Under the pieces are notes generated by a model. That model searched no databases. It was not told the DNA's origin and worked only from the letters and a program-made list of their open reading frames with translations. From contig NW_005434666.1 in NCBI RefSeq assembly GCF_000315625.1, positions 729,877 through 793,876 on the forward strand: a stretch of 64,000 bases of DNA. Direction: 5' to 3'. Positions 1 to 12,882 of this stretch are shown piece after piece. The first letter of the stretch is position 1. The number at the start of each line of letters is the position of its first letter. The DNA comes from Guillardia theta CCMP2712. Lineage: Eukaryota > Protista > Cryptophyta. A program made the position numbers and the translations under genes.

Positions 1-99
1 AAGTAGAGGGAATGGAAAGATGGTGTAGGAGAAGGCTGTGTGAGGAGCTGGAAAGGAAGAGGAGAGAGGATCGGTCGGTATCGGAGGCATTGATTTAAT

Positions 100-890
100 A
101 TGAACAGGTTGATCTCCGGTATGGCGAAGGCCTGCGTTCCGCAGCAGACCTCGGCCCTCAGTCTTGCATGGAGGATGGGGAGTGTCCGCGGCGTGAAGGC
201 TAGCTCCCGAACGGTGAAGGTGATTCTCAAGCAGGACATGGAGCACTTGGGGTTTCGTGGCGAGTTGCATGCAGTTAGGCCCGGTGAGATGGTAACTGGT
301 CTCCTGCTGCTGCTGCTGATCGACCTCGCAGGCCATGCTCGAAATTATTTGATACCGCAGAAGATAGCTGTTTATGCCACCCTGGACAACATGCAGAAAT
401 ACTTAACTACCAGTGAGGAGGAAGCACAGTTGAAGAACGAAGAGAAAGTGAGAAGAGACTGATCGTAGGCCCTGCGATGCTGATGGTTCTGCTGCCAGAT
501 ACGACAAAGGAGGATGGAGAAGCAGCTGTCGAAGCTGAAGTTGACGATGAAGAGACACAGCGTTGAGGATGGCAAGCTCTACGGGTCTGTGACAGCAAAG
601 AACATCTCAGATAAACTCGCCAAGTAGACGATGATCCTTGCAAGTTTGATCAGACCTGACAGCTCGATACAGGATAGACATGGAGATCAAGCCCGAGGAC
701 ATCCTTCTTGAGGCCCCCATCAAGGTGCTGTTGAATTCTCCTTGGCTCCGAATCTTAATCTCTTTTTTCTTCCTTTCCTGCCTCATCGATTCTCCTGAAC
801 TCAAAACAGGAACTGGGAAGTTTCGATATTCCTGTTCGTTGGGAGGGCAACCGTACAGCAACTCTCAAGCTTGAAGTGTTGAAGCGGTGA
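100..890 (+). CDS. rpl9: Organellar (probably mitochondrial) ribosomal protein bL9, multi-exon
   Basis: VKVILKQDMEHLGFRGELHAVRPG-HARNYLIPQKIA matches the L9 N-terminal signature. Later exons give EDGKLYGSVTAKNI and LLEAPIK (L9 C-domain). Basic N-terminal leader; stop TGA at 888-890. Confidence 0.9.
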
Positions 891-909
891 GGTGCTTGAG
901 TAAACGGTG

Positions 910-2352
910 TCATGCAGCTGAGAGCAGAGGAGCAATCAAAATGAGACTTTCAAAATGTCGGCTCTGTTCTTCTCGGATCGCTAGCTTCACGTTTGCTTTC
1001 GAATGAAATACAATCGAAATCGATGGGGCATCCATCATTTCTGCAACATTTGAATGTTTCCTGTACGAACCAAACTGACAAGAATTCATTGCTATTTCAT
1101 CATAGTCGACTATGTACATGGATCAATTTGATTCTAGACCAATGTGTACAGGGGTAACTGCTCCTGAGCTGTTAATCTTTCACATTAACATTTCATCAAT
1201 CTTCTCCCCAGCCCTTCAACTTCCCAGGGTCAGGAACCGGAGGCCAACCACGTGCTTTGATTCTCCGAATCTTGCGTTCGTTAAAGACTGCATAGCCACC
1301 CTGCTGCTTCAAGGTGTCGTGAACCTGCCGAGCACGCAGTCATGATCTATCGCAAGATCCAAGGAAAGAGAGCAACAAGCAGGAGCACAACCATCGGACG
1401 TAAATGAGTTAAAGGTGGGTGACGTTGGGGATGGTGCGACATTTCTATGCGCGGGGGGGAAAGCAGACAAGAAGAGAAGGGAGAGAGCCAGCGAGACAAC
1501 TCGAGCACAGGAGGACTTGGACCCACCGGGCAGCCGTGTGTGTACAGGCGGTTGAGGGACGTGTCTCGTAGCAGCGCTAGGAATACACGTCAGGACATTC
1601 TTGACACTGTCATATCACATCAATCTACTCACGTTCTGGTAATGTTGGTATCGGGTTGCCTCTGATGTCTAGTTTCTGCAGTGATGACATCTCACCAAAC
1701 TCTTCCGGAATCATTTCTATCTTGTTGAATGACACGTTGAATTCAACCAACTTGCCCAATCCGCTCAGTTCCGGCGGGAGCTCCTGAGTATACAAATCGA
1801 AATCAGTGCTTGCCCCTCCCTGAAGACTGAAGGTCTTTCTCACCTCGATCAAGTTTTCTCCAACGTTGAGGTACAAGAGCGAAACGCAATTTTTCAAAGC
1901 AGAAGGAATCTCAACCAATCTGTTGTGGGAGAGGTCCAATTGCTCCAACAATTTCAGTTGCCCCAGTTGTTCAGGAATAACATCAATGACGTTGTTGCTG
2001 ACGATGATTTCTTTGAGAGCAACCTGCAAAAGCTGTCAACATAAAGTCTTGTGGATCATACACCAAGTACGCAGTCTCCGATGCTGCTCGGCAGTTTTGA
2101 CAAAAAGTTCTGAGACAGGTTCAAACTCTCTAACTTGTACAGCCGACCGATCTCAAATGGCATCTCTACAATCCTGTTGGAGCTCAAGTCCACCTCTCTC
2201 AGCTTCGGCATGAAGGGCAAACGTCGAGGACACGCGGGCAGCTTCGCGTTCCTCAGCACAAAAGTTTTCGATTTCCTGGCATGGCTCTCTGCCTGATGGA
2301 TTGCCCTAATGTCGAGTGGCTCCGCGACAGGAACGGAAAACATGATCCCCAT
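910..2352 (-). CDS. Leucine-rich repeat protein (SHOC2/Ras-suppressor-type LRRs), multi-exon
   Basis: Tandem LxxLxLxxNxLxxLP repeats (LREVDLSSNRIVEMP, LESLNLSQNFLSKLP, LEQLDLSHNRLVEIP, LQKLDIRGNPIPTLP). The 3' exons and stop are uncertain. Confidence 0.8.
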
Positions 2353-3082
2353 CACCTGGGGTTGTCTGAGCAGCTTCTTCCTCTCCTTTCAGAGCTCCCC
2401 AGTCCTTGGACCAACACAAACCCCTCCAACGCTCACAACTTCCCGACGCATTCGATCCGTCCGATTCAACCCGTTGGATGGTTGACACGTGCGCATTTCA
2501 GGTTCGTGTGAGCTCCTCCTTCACATTCTATCAGAGCATTTGGAGCACAGATCTTTCGGTTCTGTCTCGCCTCAACAGACCGTCTGCTACTTGTGAGCTA
2601 AATCCTTACCGCCCGCACTCCCCACTCCTTCCTCTGAGTTTCGCTCGCTCAAAGTTGTAGTCCACCTTGACAATGATATCCCTGTCTAGAGCACTTCTTC
2701 ACATCACAAGAAGACTCCTTCTCTCGCCTGACCCTTCCTCCTCCTCCTCCTCCCCCTTGTTGCTCCCCGGGTCCCTCCCAAGGCACGTTCACCGCCATGG
2801 CGAAATGAGACAACGGAAGTCTCCCCCGCCTCAGAGCTAACAAACTTGCTGTGGAGAGGTGGGGTAGTATACGTAGTCTTCTTGGGGGTAGGGGTTGATG
2901 ACACGCAGGGGTTCCAAAGCTACCCATTATTGGTGGGGTGGGTAATCAGCACCAAGTAAACTGGGGAAGCAGGGTAGTAGGGAGTGGAGATGGAGGGGTG
3001 GGGTGTACAACCAGCAGACACACAAGTGGTCATACGACAAGGGGGCGCGAGGGGTGGGGTGGGTAGCGGCGGCTGTGCAACT

Positions 3083-4492
3083 ATGGGGCGCGGGGACGAT
3101 GTCGGAGGTGCGATGCAGGTGGCGGTAGCCGTTGGAGTTGTGGCGGTGGGAGCCGTCTACTGGCTGATGAAGGGATCGAAGGGCTCCCGGAAGGAGAGGA
3201 AGGTGAGAGTCCGAGCCGATCCTCCTTCATGCCTCACCCGAGTTGTTAGATCTTCCTTGACAAGTCCAAGAAGCAGTCCGTACCCCTCACAGAGAAGATC
3301 CAGCTGTCCCATGACACCTTCCTCTACCGATTCTCTCTACCCACCCCAGATCACGTGCTGGGTTTGCCCGTCGGAAAGCACTTCAAGGCAACGACACTGT
3401 CCCAGTACGCCCTCTGACCCGCCCTCACAGATTTTCGGGAAGATTCCGACGCCAAAGGTGAAGAATGAATGGAACGGCAAGGAGGACAGCGAGCAGATCG
3501 ATCCCTCTCATGACGGACTGGTGGAGAGGAAGTACACACCCACTTCATCCGATGAAGAAGTAGGATATTTCGACCTTGTCATCAAGGTGTACCGCCAAGG
3601 TTCGGAAGCGAAGGTTCGCCAAGATGGCCGAGAGTGATGCTTGTTTTCTGCAGGACACACGTACAACCCTCCGCGAGATAAGTTCCCTGATGGCGGGAAG
3701 ATATCAAGATACATCGACAGCTTGAAGATTGGAGACATGCTTGAAATCCAAGGCCCCTTCGGCCATATCGAATACCTTGGAAAGGGAGTCTTCAAGGTTG
3801 GGTGCTTTCAAACATTTGGTCCGGCTTCTTGACCTTTCCTCTGTCGCAGTCATTTGCTAAGGAACTGGAGGCTGTCAAGGAGATCGGAATGGTTGCTGGC
3901 GGAACCGGGATCACTCCCATGCTTCAGATCATCAACGCAGTGTTGAGGGACAAGTCGGACACAACCAAAATCAGGCTTTTGTTTGCGAACCAGGTGACAT
4001 TGATGCGTGCGAGTGCTCCCTCGTCATAACAGAGGGATTGAAGACCAAGGAAGATATATTGCTCATGGATAAGCTGGAGGAGCTGCGAGAGGCAAACAAG
4101 AGTCAAGTCAAGATCTACTACACTCTAGACAAGTGTGTTCTAATTCCTTCTTTATCATCAACTGATGATCAAACCACAGCCCACCAAAGAACTGGAAAGG
4201 ATTCACGGGCTTTGTCAATGAAGGTATTCGATCCTCTCATAATGCTTCTTCTCCTACATGAGTCATTCAATGTGCCCAAGATATCAATTGACTCGCTCGC
4301 AGCCATGCTAGCGGAAACGATGCCTGCAGCTTCGGGCAAGTCTGTCATTCTCATGTGCGGTCCTCCTCCCATGATTGATTTCGCTGTACGTCCAAACCTG
4401 GACAAGGTGATCTTTGAACCATCTTGCCAGCTGAATATGACACGATGGGACCGCAGTTGGGGTTCTCCAAGAGTCAGATGTTGGCGTTCTAA
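3083..4492 (+). CDS. CBR: NADH-cytochrome b5 reductase, membrane anchored, multi-exon
   Basis: N-terminal TM segment; [11 protein letters not shown]; RKYTPTS FAD motif; [10 protein letters not shown]; [12 protein letters not shown]; LLFANQ; LMCGPPPMI; stop TAA at 4490-4492. Confidence 0.95.
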
Positions 4493-4729
4493 GCGGAATG
4501 AAGGGAAAGCTTCTAGATGCTTCTGTGAAAGTCAATTTTGAAAATTGTTTGATGCCCAGTGCTTGTGTGTCTTGATCTGTGCCATTGACTGAGTGGATCA
4601 TAGCATGTCGAGGGACGGGGAACACATCTGCCCAACCTCAATCGCTGACGTGTCTGAGTGTTTCAAGCCGCAAGTCTCCGGCAAAGCCACCAACGCACAG
4701 CAATCATGCATTATCTTGCTTCTGCTTCA

Positions 4730-5535
4730 TCATGCGGTAACCAAGCCGCCTGTAATGGACGATGGTGATCCATTCGAGCTGGACACACCACGCGACGAGC
4801 TGAAACGACCAGAGCATGGCGCCGATCCTTGACAAAGAGTCAGTTGCCTTGAGTTGGAGTAAGCATTACCCACCCAGACGTAACTCCCGAAGCAACCAAA
4901 AGGAACATGCTTCCGATAAACGAAAATCCTCCGAAGATCGCCCACACAAGCACCCATCCTCTCTCCCAATAGTGCACCTGCCATGACGCTATTCCAGCCA
5001 TCTGGGAAAGCGTTCAACCTCAAGGTATCGTCACCGTCTGCTCACCATGGCAAGGAGCGAGCATGTTGTTGCTGCTGTAGCCGCAACCCACCAGTGCTTT
5101 GTAGGAAGCATCAGGTGATAGGTCTCTCTATGAAGATATCTACTCTCACCGCAATTGCCAAGAGACAGGCAGCAGACATTGCTATACAGCCGCCGAAGAC
5201 AGGAATCAACGTTCTTGGCCGACAGAAGTTGCGATCCCGCAGAAGATGAGAGTAAATGAGAGCAGTGCTTTCGATCCAATCATAATTGTTGAATGGACCA
5301 AGAACTTTTCTAATGTCTTCCGCTTCCTTCGAACGGTTCCTCAGGCCGCCTCGCGATTCTGTCACACCGATTCAAAATCTGAGAAAAGGAAGCACAAGGA
5401 CAAAATTTGGAAGGAGCGGAAGTAGGAGGAAGATGAAAAGAAGAAGATTGTGGGAGGCGGGCGGGGTGAGAGGGAGAGAGAGGATGTTGTGCAAGAGCAA
5501 GCGCAGGGAGCATGGTATCTCACCGCTAGACATGG
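4730..5535 (-). CDS. Possible hypothetical membrane protein
   Basis: Several hydrophobic segments on the minus strand (LIPVFGGCIAMSAACLLAIA; WWVAATAATTCSLLAM; WVLVWAIFGGFSFIGSMFLLVA) separated by intron-like gaps. No family recognised; limits are approximate. Confidence 0.3.
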
Positions 5536-6321
5536 GAATGGCGAGTCTGCCTCAGACCTATCAACAAGCTCTGAGGGCAGCTTGCAACGTCACTGCAGCG
5601 AAATATCCCCAGGGATACTTTTGAAACAAGAATTGAAAAAGTGAATTTTTAGTATTGAGGGGAAGATAATGCCAGCAGTACTGAGGTGGGGTGGTGTAAC
5701 AGGTGGGGTAGTCAAGAGGTGGGTGGTTGTTGATCGTGATAGAGAGGGTGGGGTCATTTAAAGGAAAGAGGAAGGTAGGAGGTGTAGTAGAGGTCATGCT
5801 TCAAGACTGGGGTTATGGAATAGAGGGTGGGGTGGGGGTATCTTTTGCCTAGGATTGGTGGGGTGGGTTCATGCTAGCTGGGGTGTGAAGTAGGTGGGGT
5901 AATGACTGACCCAGTAATCTATTGGGGTAGTTTTGGGCTCTTTGTAGGGGTGGGTGGGGTGGTTAGATGGGGTGGGGTTGAAGTCCGGTTGGCGCGGGCT
6001 GCCGGCATGGGTGAGTGGGGCATGAGAGTTGACGCAATGCAGAGGCTCTTCCCGTTGTTGCATTGACGATGTGAACATGCTGCCGAGCCCTTCCTACTTG
6101 TCCATGCTGAGATCCTCCTTTTGTCATTCCTCCCTGAGGGTTGTGGGTCTCGAAGCGATAGCTCGTAGGCTCTCAGGGTTATTGAACGCCAGAGCGATCA
6201 ATCCTCGTTTCAAGGGCATGTCATGTCCGCATCATCTTGATGATTATGAGATCTTTTGTGCGTGTTGTTGCACCTCTTAAGGCATAGAGATACAAATTTC
6301 GGTGATTCCAAAGTTCCAGGC

Positions 6322-8379
6322 ATGCACTCCACGCACGAGTACAAGCAAGTCCCATTACAAGAGATGAACGTCAAGGTAATTTGATTCAAGAGAGATAGGC
6401 ACCTATTTCTCTGAATGTTTTTGTTGGTATTCACAACTTGTGTTGTAGAAGGATGACCTAATTTCCAACGACGTATCCGATATTGAAGTAGCGAACGGTG
6501 CGGATTCCATAAGATTTGATGGTTCGTAATGATCTATGGAAATCCAATCAGGCTCTGCTCATGATCACGAAACTCAAAAGGATAATGGTAATTGTCTTCT
6601 TCATTCTTGAATACCCATTTCTAAATGTATTTTCAAAGCAGCAAAGGCAATGGCCTCAAACAAGACCAATCAATTAATTAAAGCAGCGGCTTTGGTCGGT
6701 CTGGTCTTTCAGAATACGTCTCTGATTCTCTTCATGAAACAAGCATCCATAACGCCATCAGAAGGTACAATCATCTCTGTGTCGTCTCGGGGAGGGTTGA
6801 TATCTTTTTCAGATGGGAAGAAAGCCTTGACGACTACAGTTGTAGTCATGGTGATGCTTGACATGGCTTCCCAGTGTGAACCTGATGCAAACATGGTTGT
6901 AGGTGGAGTTCTTCAAAATTACTGCCTGTATTCTGGAGATTGCATACCGCAGGCGCAAAAGCGGTGGATTGATAAGTGAGATCAGAGAAGAGATTGTTGG
7001 CAAGCCCAGGGAAACCATGATGTTGCTGGTCCCTGCCTTCATGTACCTGGCACAAAACAACCTTCTGTTCATTGCGGTATTGTTCAAGATGTTGAATCAG
7101 TCTCGTTTGTAATTGTTCTACACAAGGTTGCAAACTTGGAAGCCGTTGTGTATCAGGTCAGCGCGTCAGAGATAGTTTGGTAGCAAGAATCGTTTATCTT
7201 GATTGTTTTGGTCAGGTTATTGCTCAGTTGAAAATTCTCACGACTGCGGGGTTTTCCATTCTCATTCTTGAGGTATGAATGGCTTGATCTGCAGTAGGAA
7301 GCTCTTGATATCTTGAACTCTAGCGCAAGCTAACGATCCAGCAATGGTCGTCCCTCGTGTTGTTGACCATTGGAGCCGCTGGTCAATTTGGAATCTTTAT
7401 TAGCCTTCAAGATTTGATTCTTTTATAGTGGTTCAAGTTGACAATTCTTCTCCTGGACAAGTCGCAAAGAAGACCGAAGTGAACATTCGTATTTTGCATG
7501 GATTGTGACTGACTCGATCATGTGAAATAGGCAAATTTATCTAGCACCATTGGACTTGCTTGTGCATTGCTTGCTCAGGTTTCATTACATCGATCGTCAC
7601 TTTCGAAGGCTGACTGTCCCACGTCAGTGCACGTCTGGTTTTGCGGGAGTTTTTTGTGAGAAGATGCTGAAAGGCGGAAGGTATGCGCCTGAGATTCAGG
7701 AAAGGAGATTCAATCTCACTCAACGACAGCTCGAACATGTCAGTGCGAAATATTCAGCTTGGAGTTCCTGGATTTGTGTTCGGTATCGCAGGTATGTAGC
7801 CTCACACCTCACTTGAGATCATCTTTGTAACGAACTTGTATGGACTTTGATACTCACGACAACATCTAGGCGTTCTCCTCACCGATTACACAAAAGTTAC
7901 AACCGGCGGATTTTTTCAGGTATGAATCTCACCGTTAGGTATGAGGAGCTCAAGACTTTGTTCAACAGGGTTACACATACTTGACGTGGATCGTCATATG
8001 CCTGCATTCAATTGGGGGTTTGTTGGTAACTGTCATCATGAAGTACGCAGACAACATTGCGAAGGTTTGTAGTCAGGATTCCTTCAATCCGATCGTAAAC
8101 GATTTGTACGCAGACTATTGCCATCGGGATATCGTTGGTGGTTTCCACGGCGGTTTCGATGTACATCTTTGACTTCGTTCTAACTACCAACTTCTGTATT
8201 GGAGGGTAAGGTCTTCTCGCAATCATCTCTGAATTTTGACATGGGTATTAGTTCCGCTGTGATTTTCGCCAGTTTCATGTACTCATCTAACTTGAAGGTA
8301 CGGCAGTATCGAGTTGTCTTAGGCAGGGTATATTGATGCTGGGATGCAGATGTGCCCAGCTCCCAAACCAGTCAACTAA
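6322..8379 (+). CDS. Nucleotide-sugar transporter, SLC35A (CMP-sialic acid/UDP-galactose) family, many short exons
   Basis: LVFQNTSLIL, TTVVVM-EFFK, LVPAFMYLAQNNLLF, QLKILTTAGFS, SGFAGVFCEKMLK, GGLLVTVIMKYADNIAK; last exon MCPAPKPVN*. Start uncertain. Confidence 0.9.
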
Positions 8380-8735
8380 TTCCGAATTCCCGCTCATCGG
8401 CTATTTTTCACTTAACATCTCTTGGGCTCCGAGAATTTCCCGGCGAGTTTCCTGCCGAAGTTCAGCAGCACGACTCATTCACAGTCAAGATTCCTGTTGT
8501 AGTAAACTCGATTTCCGCAACTGAGGCTCTGCCGCTCAGTTCATCTCGCAGAGTCGCGCTCGGGTGACGGTCAGTGACCCCTTGGCAAGTTGTAGTCAAG
8601 TACAACAGCGGCCCCGCTAGTACAGGCCAGTGACGGGCCCAAACGGTCACGGCGCGTGGGTGAACTCGGAAGCATTTTTTGGAGTCAAAATCATCAACGG
8701 CTTTGTAACCGTCGATCAACTGTCTGCCAAGTCCC

Positions 8736-11723
8736 ATGGCTGAGCACCTTGACGCTTCTGCTGATCCTCCGCCGAAAGCTCCTACCCGCCCTCCTCATTC
8801 CCCTCCCTCCTCTCCCTCCTCTCCCTCCTCTCCCTCCTCTCCCTCTCACCGCAGAGTTTCTCATGCAGCAGAGAGGGACGATCAAGACGTCAGGCGGGAC
8901 GTGCTCCCTGCTCTCGCAAGTTCCCCTCAAGTGAAGCAGAAGAGGCCTCCCAAGGTCCCCGCGCTCGCTCTCTCGCTCCCGCTCGTCCTGCCAACAATGC
9001 TCGAGCACCGCAGAAAGAAGCTGGAGATCTTGACGTCAAGGACGAGCCAGCAGAGTCAGCAAGTCACAGCAGAGCGACGGGCGCTGACAGACAGGCCGGG
9101 GGAGGCAGGCAGGTACTACCCCGCTTTGAACCTGCAAGAGGAGAGCATTAAGAGCCGACATGTCAGCAAGATGCTGCCAAAGCTACGGCACAAGATGCAA
9201 GAGAAAAACGAGAAACTCAAGTATGTACAAGCCTTAAAGAATGACACGCGAGTTGTCGTGAGTTTACAAGAGAGGGTACAACTGAAGAGAAAGATCAAAC
9301 TGTGGTTGTCCTTCCTCTTCTTCTACAAGTCTCTGCAAAGGCTCAAAGTCTACTGGAACGACGCCAAGGGTCTCAATGAGATGAAATACGTTCGTTTCCG
9401 CGCCGCAACAAGAATCCAGCGCGCTGTGCTGCATGTTCAGGCGAAGAAGTCGATGATATCATGGATGCACAAGCTTGTTGCTTTCAATCGCTCCTCTTGG
9501 AAGTTTCGTCTTGCTCTCAGGTGAGGTCCGTTCCTCCTCCGCACTAGCTCACTTCCCCTCTCCTCGACAGAATCCACAGGAAGAGAAGGGCCACCAGAAT
9601 CATCACGGACTTCCTTCACAAGTGCGCTTCCTTCGAGAAGGCGACGGAAGAATCCAGAATCGTGAGAGGAGGAGAGGAGAGGAGTGAACTTGACGCTCTA
9701 GCATGCAGATCAGGACCAAGGTGCTGCATTTCTTCAACAAGGTCAAGAGATGTCAGCAGCTCTTCAGGGACTACTGTGCCGTAATCTTCTCTTCCCATCA
9801 TCCTCGGTGGAGCTCACGTTGCTGCAGGTGCAGAGGGCAAGGTTTGAGGTGATGGAGAGGCAGTGGAGCATGTACGACCCCTCCTGTTCCCCAGCTCGTC
9901 TCACCCACCGTCCTCAAGGTTCGTCGCAAACCCCAGGCTCAACTGGGTGCTACGAGCTCCTCCTCCCGACTCCCCGTTCGACCCGTCGAGAAACTCCTTC
10001 AGGTGATGCTATCGTCCTCCTCCCGCTGCTGTACGATCCATCCTCCCTTCTGCCTTCTTCTGTTCCCAGAATTGTCTCTCCTCTACCCATCTCAACCTCC
10101 TCTCTGCTCCCTGACCTTCTCTCTGCTCCCGCTGTTTCTGACCCTTCCACGCAGTGATCTGCTTCCTTCTCACATTCTGGAGTCGCTCGACAACTTGAAT
10201 CCCTTCCAGGTGACTCATTGGGTTTAGGGTTTAGGGGGGCTTCATTGGCATCAGGCGAGTTGTACTGACTTATGCTCGTAGCGAACACAGTGAGCGAAGA
10301 TCTCCTCGAAATTCTCTCTCCTTCTTTATCCTCCTCCTCCTCTTCATACTCCTACTTCTCCTACTTCTTCGCCTGCTTCTTTTGCTCTTCCTATTCCTGC
10401 TCCTCCTATTCCTCGTACTTACCCTTGCAACCATTCCCTCTCTCCCTCTCCCTCCTCTTCAAGTCTTTCTCCCACTTCACCCACTCCCTGCCTCCCCTCC
10501 ACTCACCGCAGTCTGCTCTCTGCCAGGTCTCAACTGCCCAGCAACCTCGTCAACGCTGAGATCGCTAAGAAGGCGGCCAAGTACCTCAAGGCAGCAAACG
10601 GCTTCCTCCTCGACTCCATGGAGACCGACGGCTTTGTGCAGGATGTGCTCAAGATGCTGAGGGTAGTTGAACCATACCCCCTCCTCCTCCTCCTCCTCCT
10701 CCTCCTCCTCCTCCTCCTCCTCCTCCTCCTCCTCCTCCTCCTCCTCCTCCTCCTACAGCTCTTGCTCCTCGCAAGGCCTCTGCACTCTCTCTCCCCTTTG
10801 ATCGTCCCTCGCTCTCTTCTCAGAGGACCATCAGGACAAGCCCACCGTTACCATGGACGAGATCAAAGTGCATCTCGAGCTCGCTAAGATGAAATTCTTC
10901 AAGCACATCCTGAGGCTCAAAAGACGGAAATTTCTCGCCCGCATCGAGAAGGCGAGGAGGAGGAGGTGGAGGAGGAGGAGGAATGAAGGAGGGAGCAGCT
11001 CGTACCTGACGGTGATTCCAGCTGAAACTCAAGGCAGAGATGGAAACTATTGAAAATCTTCCAAGAGGTAAGGAGGAGCAGCAGGCAGGAGGAAGGAGAG
11101 AGGAAAAAAGAAGCAGGGGGAAGGAAGCACCGGGCAGGAGGCAGGAGGCAGGCAGCAGGAAGGAAGGGCGAGGAGGAGGTCATCTCACTCTGCTGCAGGA
11201 GCTACTCGTTTTGACGTTCTCCTGGCTCATCCCGCAGTCACTCACTTCGTGCAAAACAAGTCAGCGATCGTACATGGGGCGAAAGACTCAGAAAAAGCTC
11301 GACCATGGCGGCTACTCGCCTTCCATTCGCTCATAGACACAGGTATCCTTCCCTTCCCTTCCTCTCTCCTCCTCTTCCTCTCCTCCCTCTCCTCCCTCCT
11401 CCTCCTCCTCCTCCTGCTTCTGCTCTTCCTCCTCCTCACCGTCGTCGTCCTCTCCCTGTCCCCTCACCTCAGAGCAGGGATCCTGAGGAAAGAGATCTCC
11501 TATCATCATCAGGTCCGCACCTTCCTAGCGTCCTCCTGTCACATCCTCATCCCGCAGGTCATAACTCGCGCTGCCCTGCTCATCCACGAGCGGCAACTCC
11601 GGAAGCAGAGCCTCTTGCACAAGAACCAAACCGCCTCCATGCAGCGAAAGTCTCTTTGCCCCCGTCCCAGCTTCTCTATCCTCCTCTCTCCCCCACTCCC
11701 CCTTTCTCTCTCTCTCGCTCTCG

Positions 11724-11755
<32 letters not shown>

Positions 11756-11776
11756 GTCTCTCTCTCTCTGTCTCTC

Positions 11777-11863
<87 letters not shown>

Positions 11864-12592
11864 CCTCCTCCATCTTCCAACCTCTTGCCTACGCTCCCTC
11901 CATCCCCCCTAAACCCATCACGGCCAACAGTCTCTTCCTCCTTCCTTCTCTCTCGCCCCACTCTCCTAACTCTCCCCTCCTTTCCTCTCCTCTCACTTGC
12001 TCACAGGATCCACTTCCGCCTTCGCAAGATCCAATCTCTTCCTGATATCGAAGTGGAGGTAGTGAGTGTTGCGTGTGCTGCCCGCCCCTCCACTATACTT
12101 CCTCCTCCTCCTCCCCTCCTCCTCCTCCTCCCTCTCCTCGTCTCCTCATCTCCTCTTCCTCCTTGACCAGTAACTCCAGGAGTCTTCGCCCCGCCGCAAG
12201 TCTTCTGTCTTCCAGGTGGAGAAGGTGACCGCACTGCTCTTTCTTGCTCCAGCTGAGCCCGAGCACCAGGGCGACAAGGGCTACGTGAGCGTGAGCATGG
12301 AGGAAGAGAAGGAAGAGAAGAAGAACAGATTCTCCTCCCTCATAGCAGCCATCACACCAAGAAAGGAGCGAGAGGTGAGGACGAGGACGAGGAAGGAGAG
12401 GATGGAGAGGAAGATCAAGAGAGTGGGGAGGGATCGGCGAGGGAGGGTGGAGAGGGAGGTTGTGCAAGGAGATATGGTTGTGGCGTTGACCGGCTGCAGG
12501 AGCTGGAGAGCTTCACCAAGGACGCTCTGATGAAGGTGCAGCGACTGTGCGAGAGGAACTTGTCGCTTCCTCTTGATCTCTACATGATGTAA
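8736..12592 (+). CDS. Hypothetical protein with an IQ-like motif and basic coiled-coil segments; many introns carry CTC/CT microsatellites
   Basis: 262-aa first exon with FRAATRIQRAV, then a chain of short GT-AG-bounded exons ending LSLPLDLYMM* (TAA 12590-12592). Could be two genes. Confidence 0.55.
11705..11860. repeat. (CT)n microsatellite inside an intron
   Basis: About 155 bp of near-perfect CT dinucleotide repeat. Confidence 0.95.
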
Positions 12593-12726
12593 ATAAACTT
12601 CATTGCCGTCAAAAAGATCTGGGTCAGAAGCTGCAGCGACTCCTCCTCCTCCTCCTCCTCCTCCTCCTTGCCGTCTTCCTCATCCTCTTCTTCTACTCCT
12701 CCTCCTTTCAACAACAGCTGCTTCCT

Positions 12727-12847
12727 TCAAGGCCCGACTCGCGGCATCTTGTTGGGAGGAAGGGAGTTGTGATCTCTTGCCCCGATCGCGTTCGGATGAG
12801 AAGGACGAGGAGCTCCCTGCTGCTGGTGATGGTGCTGCTGCTTCTGC

Positions 12848-12882
<35 letters not shown>

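Noticed and set aside
10220-10236. Interstitial telomeric repeat (TTTAGGG)x2
   Set aside because: Only two units inside an intron; compatible with chance or a telobox.
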